Source of the DNA: Candidatus Nanoarchaeia archaeon
GTDB taxonomy: Archaea; Nanobdellota; Nanobdellia; UBA10117
Length of the DNA stretch: 52,852 nucleotides
Assembly (NCBI GenBank): GCA_038851215.1
Contig: JAWCLD010000001.1
Span: forward strand, 1 to 52,852
Reading direction: 5' to 3'
Position numbers and translations under genes: made by a program. Positions 17,532 to 26,465 of this stretch are shown in pieces. Within the stretch, counting starts at the first letter, position 1. The number at the start of each line of letters is the position of its first letter. The notes beneath the pieces are model-generated. The model was not told the origin of the DNA. It worked only from the letters and a program-made list of their open reading frames with translations, and did no database searches.

Positions 17532-18803
17532 ATGAAAATTCACATTAAGACTTGGGGTTGCACAGCGGCACAATCTGATAGTGAGATTATGGCTGGCCTG
17601 CTGGCAAAAGAGCGCCATAAGCTCGTACCTAATGAAAGAAATGCTGACATTGTAATATTAAATACGTGCACAGTTAAGCACAGGGTTGAAATTGACGAGT
17701 TAAAAGAAATTGAACGGCTAAAGAAAAGGGGCAAAAAAATAATTGTAACAGGCTGTCTTGTCCAAGATGGCCAACATTTTGACAAATTAAAAGGAATTTC
17801 GCTAATTGGCTTGAATGATCAAGATAAAATTGTAAAATATGTTAAAGTTGTTGCAAATGGTAAAGTTATAAGACAGCTCTCGGCTAAAAAAATAGACAAG
17901 ACAAATTTACCCGTTTTAAGGACAAATCCAGTTATTGAAAAAATACAGCTGGCAACGGGCTGCGCATCTGAATGCACTTATTGTGCAACAAAGCTTGCCA
18001 AAGGCAACATTTACTCATTTTCAGAAGCGAGAATTCTGGCGCGGATAAAAGCTGCCATTAACGACGGTGTTAGAGAAATTTGGCTAACTTCACAAGATAA
18101 TGGTGCTTATGGTCTTGATAGAGGAACAAATCTTGCAAGTTTACTAGAGAAAATATGTGCAATTAATGGCGATTTTTTTATCAGAGTTGGAATGACAAAT
18201 CCTCAATGGGTAAAGAAATTCTTACCACAAATGATTGAAGCTTACAAAAATCCAAAGGTTTTCAAATTTTTGCACATACCTGTGCAATCAGGTTCTAATA
18301 AAGTACTAAGAGATATGGCACGAGGTTATAGTGTTGAGGATTTTAAATCAGTTATTAAAGTTTTCAGGAAGAAAATTCCAAATTTAACAATTAGCACAGA
18401 TATTATCTGCGGCTATCCTACTGAAACAGAAGCTGACTGGGAAAAAACTATAGAGCTAGTTAAATGGCTACGGCCAGATGTCATAAATATTAGTCAATTC
18501 TGGCCACGGCCTGGTACAGCTGCGGCGAAGTTAAAACAGCTTGGTGGCGATATAAAGAAAGAAAGAAGTAGGACACTAACAAAATTGTACCAAGAGCTAG
18601 CCCTCATGAAAAATAAAAGTTGGATTGGTTGGAGAGGAAAAGTATTAGTGGACGAAAAAGGCCAAAAAGGCGGGTTTATAGGACGAAATTTTGCTTATAA
18701 ACCTATTATTTTGAAAAGTAAAATAAAATTGAAATTAGGGACTTACCTTAAAGTAAAGATTGTTGGGGCAACTCAGAATTATTTAATAGGTGAAATTTGC
18801 TGA
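17532..18803 (+). CDS. MiaB/MtaB-family radical-SAM methylthiotransferase (archaeal CDKAL1-like, ms2t6A type)
   Basis: UPF0004 N-domain (KTWGCTAAQSDSE..NTCTV), radical-SAM CASECTYC, and a C-terminal TRAM-like domain. Confidence 0.8.
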   Translation: MKIHIKTWGCTAAQSDSEIMAGLLAKERHKLVPNERNADIVILNTCTVKHRVEIDELKEIERLKKRGKKIIVTGCLVQDGQHFDKLKGISLIGLNDQDKIVKYVKVVANGKVIRQLSAKKIDKTNLPVLRTNPVIEKIQLATGCASECTYCATKLAKGNIYSFSEARILARIKAAINDGVREIWLTSQDNGAYGLDRGTNLASLLEKICAINGDFFIRVGMTNPQWVKKFLPQMIEAYKNPKVFKFLHIPVQSGSNKVLRDMARGYSVEDFKSVIKVFRKKIPNLTISTDIICGYPTETEADWEKTIELVKWLRPDVINISQFWPRPGTAAAKLKQLGGDIKKERSRTLTKLYQELALMKNKSWIGWRGKVLVDEKGQKGGFIGRNFAYKPIILKSKIKLKLGTYLKVKIVGATQNYLIGEIC

Positions 18804-18810
18804 AAGTTCT

Positions 18811-19527
18811 TTAAGTTATTGTGATTCCAAATAATAATCCTATTACATAGCCTGCTGCAGCTGCCAGTAGTGCAACGGTGAGCATCTCCAGGCCTGACTT
18901 AAGCCAATTTCTTTTAGTTAATTTAGTTTTGTAGGCGCCAACTGCAAATAAAGTTGCACCTGTGCAAATTAATGCTATAATGCTAGCGAGCTTTGTATTT
19001 CGCAACAAAAACGGTAAAACCGGAAATAGCGAGCCAAGCATGTAGGCGAAAAAAATTACAATCGCGCCTTTGATTGGGTTTTCGTATTTTTCAGGCACTA
19101 TGCCTAGCTCCTCTTCTGCAAGTAATTTTAAGCTCATTTTTTTGTTTGTATTAAGGTGTTTGAGGAAATGCCTTATGTCTCTATCCGTTAACTTTGCAGC
19201 CCTGTAAAGGTGTTTTATTGCTTTGTATTCTTCGCCCGGCCTTTGCAGTCTGGCTTCTTCTTCCTTTATTTGCGCATCTAGAACTTCTCTTTGTGACTTT
19301 GTTGAAAGATAATCGCCAGCTGCCATACTAACCATGCCTGCAAACATCGCTGCTATGCCTGAAAGCAAAACATTAGTATTGGGAACGCCTGCAGCTGCAA
19401 CTCCAAGAACCAGGCCAAGATTTGTAATAAGAGCATCTTCCATTCCGAAAACTAGGTCACGAATCGTATCTTTTATTTCGAAAGAGAGTTTCGCAGTTTT
19501 AATCTTTTTAAATTTCTTTTTGCTCAT
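18811..19527 (-). CDS. VIT1/CCC1-family iron/manganese transporter
   Basis: DALITNLGLVLGVAAAG and a 5-TM layout with a central cytoplasmic helical insert. The start MSKKKF gives an ATGA overlap with the MFS gene stop. Confidence 0.7.
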   Translation of the reverse strand: MSKKKFKKIKTAKLSFEIKDTIRDLVFGMEDALITNLGLVLGVAAAGVPNTNVLLSGIAAMFAGMVSMAAGDYLSTKSQREVLDAQIKEEEARLQRPGEEYKAIKHLYRAAKLTDRDIRHFLKHLNTNKKMSLKLLAEEELGIVPEKYENPIKGAIVIFFAYMLGSLFPVLPFLLRNTKLASIIALICTGATLFAVGAYKTKLTKRNWLKSGLEMLTVALLAAAAGYVIGLLFGITIT

Positions 19528-20735
19528 TTTCTTTTCGCCTTTTCGGGCCAGAAAGCCCAACCAGCCAATAACGCGGCAATGCCTGCGGCAATTGTTACTA
19601 TTAAGAATGGTGCTAGAGGATTAGCTAAGTATGTTGCAAATAAACCTCCTGCAAAAGGTCCAACAATCAAACCAAAGTCTTTTGATGTATCAAAAACGCC
19701 TGACATTTCTCCATAAAGATTTGCTGGCAAAATTTCAGTAAGCAGAATCCAAGAAACCGCTGCTGCTGCAAACAGCGCCGAAAGGACAAAGACTGTTGGG
19801 TTCGTTGAAAGAAACATGAAGTAAGCTGACGTAAATAAAATAAGGAAGCCAGCGGTTATTATATACCGCTTGCCAACTTTGTCCATTACAAAGCCTGATG
19901 AGTAATACAGTGCACCTTCGATGGCCATCATTGCGCCCAATACTAAACCAACGCCAGCTTCCGAAAAAGCAAAACGCGTTATCCCTGCTAATGGTACGAA
20001 AGCCCATTCAATTGCAATCCACATATACACTATAAGAGTCAGAGTATAAAGAGGTGGGGCATACTTATGTATACCGAGAAATTCCTTAAGTATTATCGCT
20101 AGCAATGCTAACCTGGCTTTATGTTTGTGCCCCTTTTCCTCTTTAGTAAATTTTTTGGCTTTAAGCCCTCGGAAAATTGCAAGTCCAACGCCGACCGCTG
20201 CAAACATTAAAACCCAAACCAGCAGGAAATTGTGCTTATCAGAAAAAAATGTTGCAATTGTGCCTGCAACTATTGGGCCGAAGATCCAGCCGACCTGCGT
20301 GAGAGACATATAAACACCTTGTGCCTGCCCAAGCATTTTTCTTGGGCTGAAATCCCGCACCAGCACGGCGGATGGTATCCAAAAAGCTACTGCGAACATA
20401 CCAAAAATTAATGAGAGAATGGCTACTAAGATTAGGTTTTCTACGAAAAAGTAAACAAGACCTATTAAGCCCAGCACAGTCATTGCTAGGAGAAGTATAT
20501 TAATTCTTCCATATTTGTCGACCGCTAGACCAACTGGAATTTCTAACAGTAAAGAAGCGACATAAACTAGCGAAACGATGATGCCGACGATTGCAAAACT
20601 TTCTGCCCTGTTCTCTGTAAAAATAGGAAGTGTAAAATCGTAAATTGCAAATGCCAGAGTTGCAATAAAGGCGATTGCTGTAGTTTTAAACACGCCTGAA
20701 AGTGCTACAAGTTTGCCATAAACTCTGAAGCTCAT
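19524..20735 (-). CDS. MFS transporter
   Basis: 403 aa with about 12 hydrophobic segments and a GLAVDKYGR-type loop 2-3 motif. Confidence 0.7.
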   Translation of the reverse strand: MSFRVYGKLVALSGVFKTTAIAFIATLAFAIYDFTLPIFTENRAESFAIVGIIVSLVYVASLLLEIPVGLAVDKYGRINILLLAMTVLGLIGLVYFFVENLILVAILSLIFGMFAVAFWIPSAVLVRDFSPRKMLGQAQGVYMSLTQVGWIFGPIVAGTIATFFSDKHNFLLVWVLMFAAVGVGLAIFRGLKAKKFTKEEKGHKHKARLALLAIILKEFLGIHKYAPPLYTLTLIVYMWIAIEWAFVPLAGITRFAFSEAGVGLVLGAMMAIEGALYYSSGFVMDKVGKRYIITAGFLILFTSAYFMFLSTNPTVFVLSALFAAAAVSWILLTEILPANLYGEMSGVFDTSKDFGLIVGPFAGGLFATYLANPLAPFLIVTIAAGIAALLAGWAFWPEKAKRK

Positions 20736-20794
20736 TAGAGATTAAAATAGATATAACTATATTAAAAAGTAAGCCACAACGCCCAAATAACGAT

Positions 20795-21073
20795 TTAGCG
20801 TTTTTTCTTTGCTTTCAAATGTTCTAATTTAATTTTTTTCACATTTGGTCGCCAGATTTGCGAAGGCAACCACGCGGGTCTGTTTTCGGGTGCAGTCACG
20901 CGCTTTCTTCCGCCTTTAAAGATATGTAATCTATCAGTTCCGCGTTCCCTTAACTTAATATCTACAAAACCACGTGTTGCGGCTTTTAGTGCTGCTCGTC
21001 TAGGCGAACTCCCTGTGAAGACATGGTTTGTATCCTTACCACCTTGCATCAAAACATAGTATTTTACAGCCAT
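20795..21073 (-). CDS. Chromosomal protein MC1
   Basis: MAVKYYVLMQ..HVFTGSSPRRAALKAATRG..IKLRERGTDRLHIFKG..APENRPAWLP closely parallels Methanosarcina MC1 (..GVFTGKQPRQAALKAANRG..IRLRERGTKKVHVF..APKNRPAWMP). Confidence 0.85.
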   Translation of the reverse strand: MAVKYYVLMQGGKDTNHVFTGSSPRRAALKAATRGFVDIKLRERGTDRLHIFKGGRKRVTAPENRPAWLPSQIWRPNVKKIKLEHLKAKKKR

Positions 21074-21198
21074 AAAGCACCTCCAATAAAACAAACCTAT
21101 AGAGATATATAAAGCCTTCGCTATTTTGCAACTTTAATGTTATAATATGTTTAATGTTGATACTCAAAGTATTTAAATTGCCTTAATATGTTGATTCA

Positions 21199-21699
21199 AT
21201 GGTTACTGTTATAGGAATAGACCTTGCTGCTTCTATGCATAATGACAGTGGTATTGCTGTGATTAACAATGGTAAAATTGTCGAGACAAGGATTGTGAAA
21301 ACAGAAAAGGAAATTCTTAATTTTATTTTGAAATATAAGCCAAAGCTAGTTGCAATTGATGCACCACTGAGTTGGCCATCTGACACTAAAGATAGATATA
21401 GACAGGCAGAGAAGATTCTTCTCGTAATGGGTATACGAACCTTCCCTCTTCGCGGATTTAAAGCGATGGAGCTTCTTGTAAAGAGGGCTATAAGGTTGGC
21501 AAAAACGCTGAAAGAGAATAATTTTGCGGTGATTGAAACATTTCCTTCGCCACTGCGAGCACACTTTAACACAATTACAAAAAATCCTCACGTTAGAGAC
21601 GCCATAATCTGTGCAAATGTCGCAAATCTTTATCTTAGAGGACAAACGATTGCGTACGGCGATAAGAAGGAAGGACAAATTATTCTGCCATTACGATAA
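21199..21699 (+). CDS. DUF429-like predicted RNase H-fold nuclease
   Basis: VIGIDLAAS..GIAVI...KPKLVAIDAPLSWP pattern. Confidence 0.45.
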   Translation: MVTVIGIDLAASMHNDSGIAVINNGKIVETRIVKTEKEILNFILKYKPKLVAIDAPLSWPSDTKDRYRQAEKILLVMGIRTFPLRGFKAMELLVKRAIRLAKTLKENNFAVIETFPSPLRAHFNTITKNPHVRDAIICANVANLYLRGQTIAYGDKKEGQIILPLR

Positions 21700-21706
21700 A
21701 TAAACA

Positions 21707-21804
21707 CAGAAGCTCACTTAACTGGAGCTTCTGCGAACTGAGCTCGGACTTAGCATACTGCATTACAGCAGTAGAGCCGTCTCGGTACAGAATACCTAGT
21801 CGGC
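21707..21804. other. Three consecutive stable hairpins in a convergent intergenic region (candidate small structured RNA or terminator structures)
   Basis: CAGAAGCTC-N9-GAGCTTCTG (21707..21733), TACTGC-ATTACA-GCAGTA (21756..21773), and GCCGTCTCGGTA-CAGAA-TACCTAGTCGGC (21776..21804). By eye this stretch is noticeably less AT-rich than its surroundings. Confidence 0.25.
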
Positions 21805-21866
21805 TTCCAAGTTGCTCTATCTTTATTCAAAGATATTTTAAAATTTAAATCTTCGTCTTTATTATT

Positions 21867-22613
21867 TTATTTATTTTCGATTCTTGGAGCTAGAATGAAA
21901 GACATCTGCAACTTGTTGAGGGACTTAAAATCTAGCTTTAGCGGGTAATCTTTTGCAAATTGCACTGTAACTGCATCTGCAAGTATTGCTGCGCGAGCCA
22001 TTTTCCTAAGATATTCAACGCTATAAGTGGCCTTAACAGCATCCCCAACGGCTATTTGGAACAGGGGGTCTGCTCCTTTTGTCAGCTCGATACGGACTTT
22101 TGAGCCTATATCTCCTGCCGAAATTGCAAAAGTGTTTTTGTCCGCTTCTAAAACAACCGCGTCACCTGCAATTGCAGCATCGTCGATATAATCACGGAAT
22201 TCTGCTGCATCTAATTCTATTGTTGCCATAAAATCGAGACTAGGTATCTTTCGTTCTTTGCCTTCTCTTTCCAACAACGGAACAAAAAAGTTTTTAGTAG
22301 ACTTACCTGAAATACTGATTTTTAACTTGTTTTTATCTAGTGTCAATGTTACGGGGTCGGTGGGCTTCGCCCTTTTCACAGCTTGTTTCAACGCCTCTAA
22401 ATTGACAGTAATATCAACAGGCTGCTCAACTCTATATTCCATAAAGGCAGATGGCAGTATGTTTAGAATAACCATTGATATATTTGCGGGGTCTAGAGCA
22501 AGCAACTTTATGCCTTCTTTCTGAAAACTGAAGCTCGCCTCTGTTATAAAGTCTGACAAAATCGATACTGTGGCGTTTAGGATGCGCGGTTCGCTAAGTT
22601 TAGCGATGAACAT
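21867..22613 (-). CDS. pcn: DNA polymerase sliding clamp PCNA
   Basis: 248 aa with a typical archaeal PCNA N-terminus (F.A......L...V..L..L..EA.F....EGI.L.A.D..N..MV) and typical length. Confidence 0.85.
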   Translation of the reverse strand: MFIAKLSEPRILNATVSILSDFITEASFSFQKEGIKLLALDPANISMVILNILPSAFMEYRVEQPVDITVNLEALKQAVKRAKPTDPVTLTLDKNKLKISISGKSTKNFFVPLLEREGKERKIPSLDFMATIELDAAEFRDYIDDAAIAGDAVVLEADKNTFAISAGDIGSKVRIELTKGADPLFQIAVGDAVKATYSVEYLRKMARAAILADAVTVQFAKDYPLKLDFKSLNKLQMSFILAPRIENK

Positions 22614-22671
22614 AATTTTATGGATAGCAGATAGCTTTTTATTATTTTGTACAGCAAACTATACAGTTTAG

Positions 22672-22854
22672 TTACACTGTCCAAACTCTGCCCTTAAAAT
22701 ATCTTACATAAATTATATCTACAATTGCTATTGCAAGCACTATTGCAAATATCCAAAGAGCCACTTCGAATACAAATGATGCCAAAGCGAGTGCTAAGAG
22801 TATAATTCCATAGACAATCCATCTCGCAAAATCGAATTCTGTTTCTCGCAACAT
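22672..22854 (-). CDS. 60-aa two-TM membrane mini-protein
   Basis: Track ORF, strongly hydrophobic, 3 nt downstream of the preceding ORF. Confidence 0.4.
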   Translation of the reverse strand: MLRETEFDFARWIVYGIILLALALASFVFEVALWIFAIVLAIAIVDIIYVRYFKGRVWTV

Positions 22855-22857
22855 CTT

Positions 22858-23094
22858 TTACCTCCGAATTGGTTTTTTCGCTTTTAATACTGCGTGTTGT
22901 TTCGGATGATCTGCTGCGCAGCCAAACAGCCAATCAAACAACCAAACTAAAAAAATTGCAACTGGTATTCCAATTATGAAAAATGGAGCGCCCTTGCCTG
23001 CTAGATAACCAAATGCTAGGCCAAGGATAAGCCATAGTGCCTCTTCTATACCTATCAATTCACGCAATCGTATTGGTAGATGAGGTTTAGTCAT
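22858..23094 (-). CDS. 78-aa two-TM membrane mini-protein
   Basis: Track ORF. Its start lies 1 nt after the stop of the 51-aa ORF (TAATATG). Confidence 0.4.
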   Translation of the reverse strand: MTKPHLPIRLRELIGIEEALWLILGLAFGYLAGKGAPFFIIGIPVAIFLVWLFDWLFGCAADHPKQHAVLKAKKPIRR

Positions 23095-23095
23095 A

Positions 23096-23251
23096 TTAAG
23101 GCGACACCGGCGGCGCTGTGCAAATTAGATTTTGTATGAACGAAGCTTCTCTGAAATACCACATAAGTACTATTCCAATTATAATCCCGAACAACAAAAG
23201 AAAAATATCTGTAGCTCCCCACATATGCATTCCTTGACCTTTTTTATCCAT
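23096..23251 (-). CDS. 51-aa single-TM membrane mini-protein
   Basis: Hand translation gives MDKKGQGMHMWGATDIFLLLFGIIIGIVLMWYFREASFIQNLICTAPPVSP*. A strong AAGGAGG lies 6 nt upstream of the ATG. Confidence 0.45.
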   Translation of the reverse strand: MDKKGQGMHMWGATDIFLLLFGIIIGIVLMWYFREASFIQNLICTAPPVSP

Positions 23252-23341
23252 TGTGGCCTCCTTTATACTATCGTCAAATCTAAATATTTAAAGTTATTGC
23301 ACTATTAATATATAGAGAATAGGAACTTTCGGGGGAAAAGA

Positions 23342-23704
23342 ATGCTAACCTTGAACCAAATCGCAATTTCTATAATAATTATGGCTGGCCTGAGTGGCGG
23401 TACTCTTCTTTATTTTTACACTTATGAGGAAATCGATTCAATTAGAGCCAAGCTAAAGTTAAAATTGCCAAAATGGTTAGTGATTATGGTTGTTGGTGTT
23501 CTTGGCGCAATCCATGCCGTAACAATAGAAACACAATATACAGAATCACTTAGCTTAATTCTTTTTGCGTTTGTAATTTTGCTTGGCCTCTTTGGGATCG
23601 CCGAGAAGGATAAAAAAGCCACATTAAAGCGCATTATTACTGCAATTATTATATTTTTAGTGACTTTTGCACTTGTTTATTGGCTAAAAAATACTTTATT
23701 GTAA
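23342..23704 (+). CDS. Hypothetical 4-TM membrane protein
   Basis: 120-aa ORF with four hydrophobic segments. Confidence 0.45.
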   Translation: MLTLNQIAISIIIMAGLSGGTLLYFYTYEEIDSIRAKLKLKLPKWLVIMVVGVLGAIHAVTIETQYTESLSLILFAFVILLGLFGIAEKDKKATLKRIITAIIIFLVTFALVYWLKNTLL

Positions 23705-24039
23705 AGTTCCTTGTCGATTTTTGAAAAATCTTGTACCAATTCTGCCTGCAACTCAATTTCATCGCCACTACCCCAAACCTTTCCTAGAACCCTTACAGTT
23801 TGTCCCTCTTTTAGCTTTTCGATGTCTGCAGGATCATTCAACAAAACTAGCACAGAAGCAGAACCGTCGTCTATGACAATTGAACCTATATTAGCATTTT
23901 TGGAAATAATCGTTCCAAGCACTGCAACCCTGCCCATACTACTATTAAGCTTTGATATTTGAACTGGTATTGCGGGCGCTCGTCGCAATATCTTCTTCTC
24001 TTTCTCCTCTACGACAGGGACAGACAGTTCGTCAACCAT
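23677..24039 (-). CDS. OB-fold nucleic-acid-binding protein (RPA2/RPA32-like OB)
   Basis: GRVAVLGTIISKNANIGSIVIDDGSASVLVLL...GQTVRVLGKV matches the RPA32/Stn1-type OB pattern. Confidence 0.5.
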   Translation of the reverse strand: MVDELSVPVVEEKEKKILRRAPAIPVQISKLNSSMGRVAVLGTIISKNANIGSIVIDDGSASVLVLLNDPADIEKLKEGQTVRVLGKVWGSGDEIELQAELVQDFSKIDKELYNKVFFSQ

Positions 24040-24119
24040 AACGAGTGCAAAAATAAACTAAGAAATTTAAAAGATTATTGCAAGTTCAGCAAACTATTTG
24101 GTTTGAAAAAAACTATTTT

Positions 24120-24455
24120 TTAGCCCGCAGATTTTCTCCAAGTATATTTGCATTTGGTGCATCTGAAAAATTGCGTATCTACGGTGTCCTCGTCGCCAAT
24201 AGCGCCTGTTGTGATTTGCGTCCACCAGTATGCTTTTTTATTACCGCATTTAGGGCATTCAGCATCTGCAATTGGGAAAGTACCTTCAATCTCTTTTGGA
24301 GCTCTTTTGAAAGTCCTCTCCTTTACGGGGCGAGGTAATTTTTCCTTAATTAGTATGTCTGATTTTTCGGCCTTGATGCGTGAGCCACATCTAGGGCAAA
24401 TAGCTATCTTTTTACTAGGCAACATTAACGTCTTGCACTTGTGACAAAATTCCAT
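24120..24455 (-). CDS. Divergent transcription factor S / RpoM paralog
   Basis: N-terminal Zn ribbon CHKC..CPRC. The C-terminal TFIIS-type ribbon CPKCG..FFRCTKCKYTW has an altered, longer acidic loop QITTGAIGDEDTVDTQ. I prefer the start at MEFCHKC. Confidence 0.7.
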   Translation of the reverse strand: MEFCHKCKTLMLPSKKIAICPRCGSRIKAEKSDILIKEKLPRPVKERTFKRAPKEIEGTFPIADAECPKCGNKKAYWWTQITTGAIGDEDTVDTQFFRCTKCKYTWRKSAG

Positions 24456-24469
24456 TTTAATCAGCGCTC

Positions 24470-24772
24470 CTAGTACTTCCTCCATCTATAACCGCATTTC
24501 TTGCATATAAAGAATTGGGTTTCAGGCTCGTCAGCAGCTCTAGTTTGTTGTGTGTAAAAATAAGCTTCTTGGTGCTTGCATTTTGGACATTCTACAGCTA
24601 TAGTAGGCATAGTTTCTGGAATTTCTTCACCTTCTTTAACTGCCGTAACAGCTTTTCGTTTGACAGTTTCCTTTATTTCGGCAGTTTCCGTCTCCTTGTA
24701 GCCACAGCTGCTGCATAAGAGACCCTCTTTGGCAGGTACTAGTAAGCCTTTGCATTTGGGGCAAAATTTCAT
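24470..24772 (-). CDS. tfs: Transcription factor S (TFS, TFIIS C-terminal homolog)
   Basis: MKFCPKCKGLL..CSSCG, and a C-terminal CPKC..QTRAADEPETQFFICKKCGYRW with the canonical acidic hairpin. Confidence 0.85.
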   Translation of the reverse strand: MKFCPKCKGLLVPAKEGLLCSSCGYKETETAEIKETVKRKAVTAVKEGEEIPETMPTIAVECPKCKHQEAYFYTQQTRAADEPETQFFICKKCGYRWRKY

Positions 24773-24862
24773 GATACGAAAGGTAAAGTTTTCATATTTA
24801 AGTCTAACGGAAGAAGGCACAAATACTGTGTTTTTTGCGCTAAGTTCGCACAGAAAATTTGC

Positions 24863-25489
24863 TTACTTTAATATATTAACTAAATCTATAAATGCAACCT
24901 TAATCCATCCAATTAAAGGTACTCTGATAACAGCCTTACCCTTAACTTGCTCTTCTTTGATATCAAGCTCGAAATCTATCTGTGCAGGGTTGGCATCACC
25001 TTTTGTTTGTATCGTTTTATTTTTAATATCTATTGCTACAATTCTGTGTATTATAGGATCCCGTTTTCCAGAAATTGTAAAAACAATAACGTCACCAACT
25101 TTTAATTTTTCAATAGGTGCACCTTTCACGACAAAAACATCGCCTTTGTTAAAGCCATTAGCGTAAGGATAAGATTTGAATTGTTCTTTAGAGATATTAT
25201 GCATCTCATACCATCCGGATTGCTGAGCCCACCAATCATCAAAGTTTGCATTGTGGTCCATTGAACTCGAGACAACCGCAACTAATGGAAAACTAGTGCT
25301 TAAAAGAAAGCCAATTAGTGGAATAATAACAAATTTTCCTATTGCTAAAATTAAGATTGCATCTACGATGAAAGAAGCTATAGACTCTTCATGTGCAATA
25401 AAATGCCATACCTTTCCAAGCTTAGTTGGATGCGCATCATAGTCATGCTTTTCTTGTTTCTTAAATAATTCTCTAAGGTGAAATGCCAT
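24863..25489 (-). CDS. Signal peptidase I, archaeal/ER (Sec11) type
   Basis: TM anchor, catalytic Ser box VVSSSM, GDVIVF, His box IIHRIV, and GDAN. Confidence 0.75.
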   Translation of the reverse strand: MAFHLRELFKKQEKHDYDAHPTKLGKVWHFIAHEESIASFIVDAILILAIGKFVIIPLIGFLLSTSFPLVAVVSSSMDHNANFDDWWAQQSGWYEMHNISKEQFKSYPYANGFNKGDVFVVKGAPIEKLKVGDVIVFTISGKRDPIIHRIVAIDIKNKTIQTKGDANPAQIDFELDIKEEQVKGKAVIRVPLIGWIKVAFIDLVNILK

Positions 25490-25552
25490 TTTATTACATT
25501 TTTCTTTAGTTGTGCTGTGCTTGCTTAAGTAAATATTTTTTCTTTGTTCATG

Positions 25553-26155
25553 CTACGCTCTTCCTCTACTTTCTCCAAGTGCAATTCCTTGCCCAATGAT
25601 GTGTGCAACGCGCACAGGCTCGGGCACCGCTCCATGTCTGATTGTAAGTTTTAAAAGTTGTCTTACTTCTCTTGCGGATAGACCTGCGAACTGAAAATAT
25701 ATTTTTGCAGTTTTGGCTAATTCTTTATGTTTTACTTTGTGAACTTGAGGTTTGCCTGCCCGTTCTATAACTTTCCATCTTTTGTCGCCATCTTTGAAGT
25801 GTCTCAGTGCTTTTTTAATTGACCTGAAATTAGGCATATTTCTTGTCACAACAATTACTGGTAGTTTTGTTTTCCTGCTAAGCTCTTGGATATCGATGAC
25901 ATTGAAGCCTGCCAGAGCAATGCCATCAAGCATTATTACGCGCAAGGAGCTTCTAACTCTCGAATTGTTAATCATTTCTACAAGCTTGGCTGTTGCGTCC
26001 GTTCCATCAACTTTTACAAAAGTGCTGAGCAAATTATCAAGGTACTCCGCGCCACGAAAAATCGCGCCAATAACTAACACATCCTGCTTTTGGCCTTTAA
26101 TGTGTGCCGTATCGTCAATTCCAATAATTCTTAACTGCTTTTTTAGGTGTACCAT
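25553..26155 (-). CDS. DUF99/UPF0215 (endonuclease V-like fold) protein
   Basis: IIGIDD...VIGAIFRG...VDGTDAT...IMLDGIALAGFNVID pattern. Confidence 0.65.
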   Translation of the reverse strand: MVHLKKQLRIIGIDDTAHIKGQKQDVLVIGAIFRGAEYLDNLLSTFVKVDGTDATAKLVEMINNSRVRSSLRVIMLDGIALAGFNVIDIQELSRKTKLPVIVVTRNMPNFRSIKKALRHFKDGDKRWKVIERAGKPQVHKVKHKELAKTAKIYFQFAGLSAREVRQLLKLTIRHGAVPEPVRVAHIIGQGIALGESRGRA

Positions 26156-26173
26156 ACAGAAAAAATAAAATTG

Positions 26174-26446
26174 TTATTTTAATTTCTTTACTTCTTTGTC
26201 CAATTTATCTAGCTCGTTAGACAAAGAGTCTATTGCTAAATTCCAAACTTTTTTTGCATCTTTGTTCTTTGTTCTCAAAATAAACACTGGTTTGGATATT
26301 TCGGGATGGTCTAGTCTAAAGCTTGCTAGTTCGACTCCAGACTGTTTCCATAGCGCTTCTTTGATCATGTTTAGGAGACCGTGGTCAATTTCTGAAAACT
26401 TCAACTCTAAAAAGTCCTTTTCCTCTTTCAAAATCTCAATTTCCAT
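26174..26446 (-). CDS. rpo11: DNA-directed RNA polymerase subunit Rpo11 (RpoL)
   Basis: 90 aa; LELKFSEIDHGLLNMIKEAL..VELASFRLDHP....FILRT matches the RpoL/RPB11 pattern. Confidence 0.7.
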   Translation of the reverse strand: MEIEILKEEKDFLELKFSEIDHGLLNMIKEALWKQSGVELASFRLDHPEISKPVFILRTKNKDAKKVWNLAIDSLSNELDKLDKEVKKLK

Positions 26447-26465
26447 ACTTTCAAACTTTAAAATT

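Noticed and set aside
21183-21678. Minus-strand ORFs of 129 aa and 110 aa
   Set aside because: They are antisense to the DUF429-like gene and have no supporting signals.
24729-25166. 145-aa plus-strand ORF
   Set aside because: It is antisense to the signal peptidase and TFS genes.
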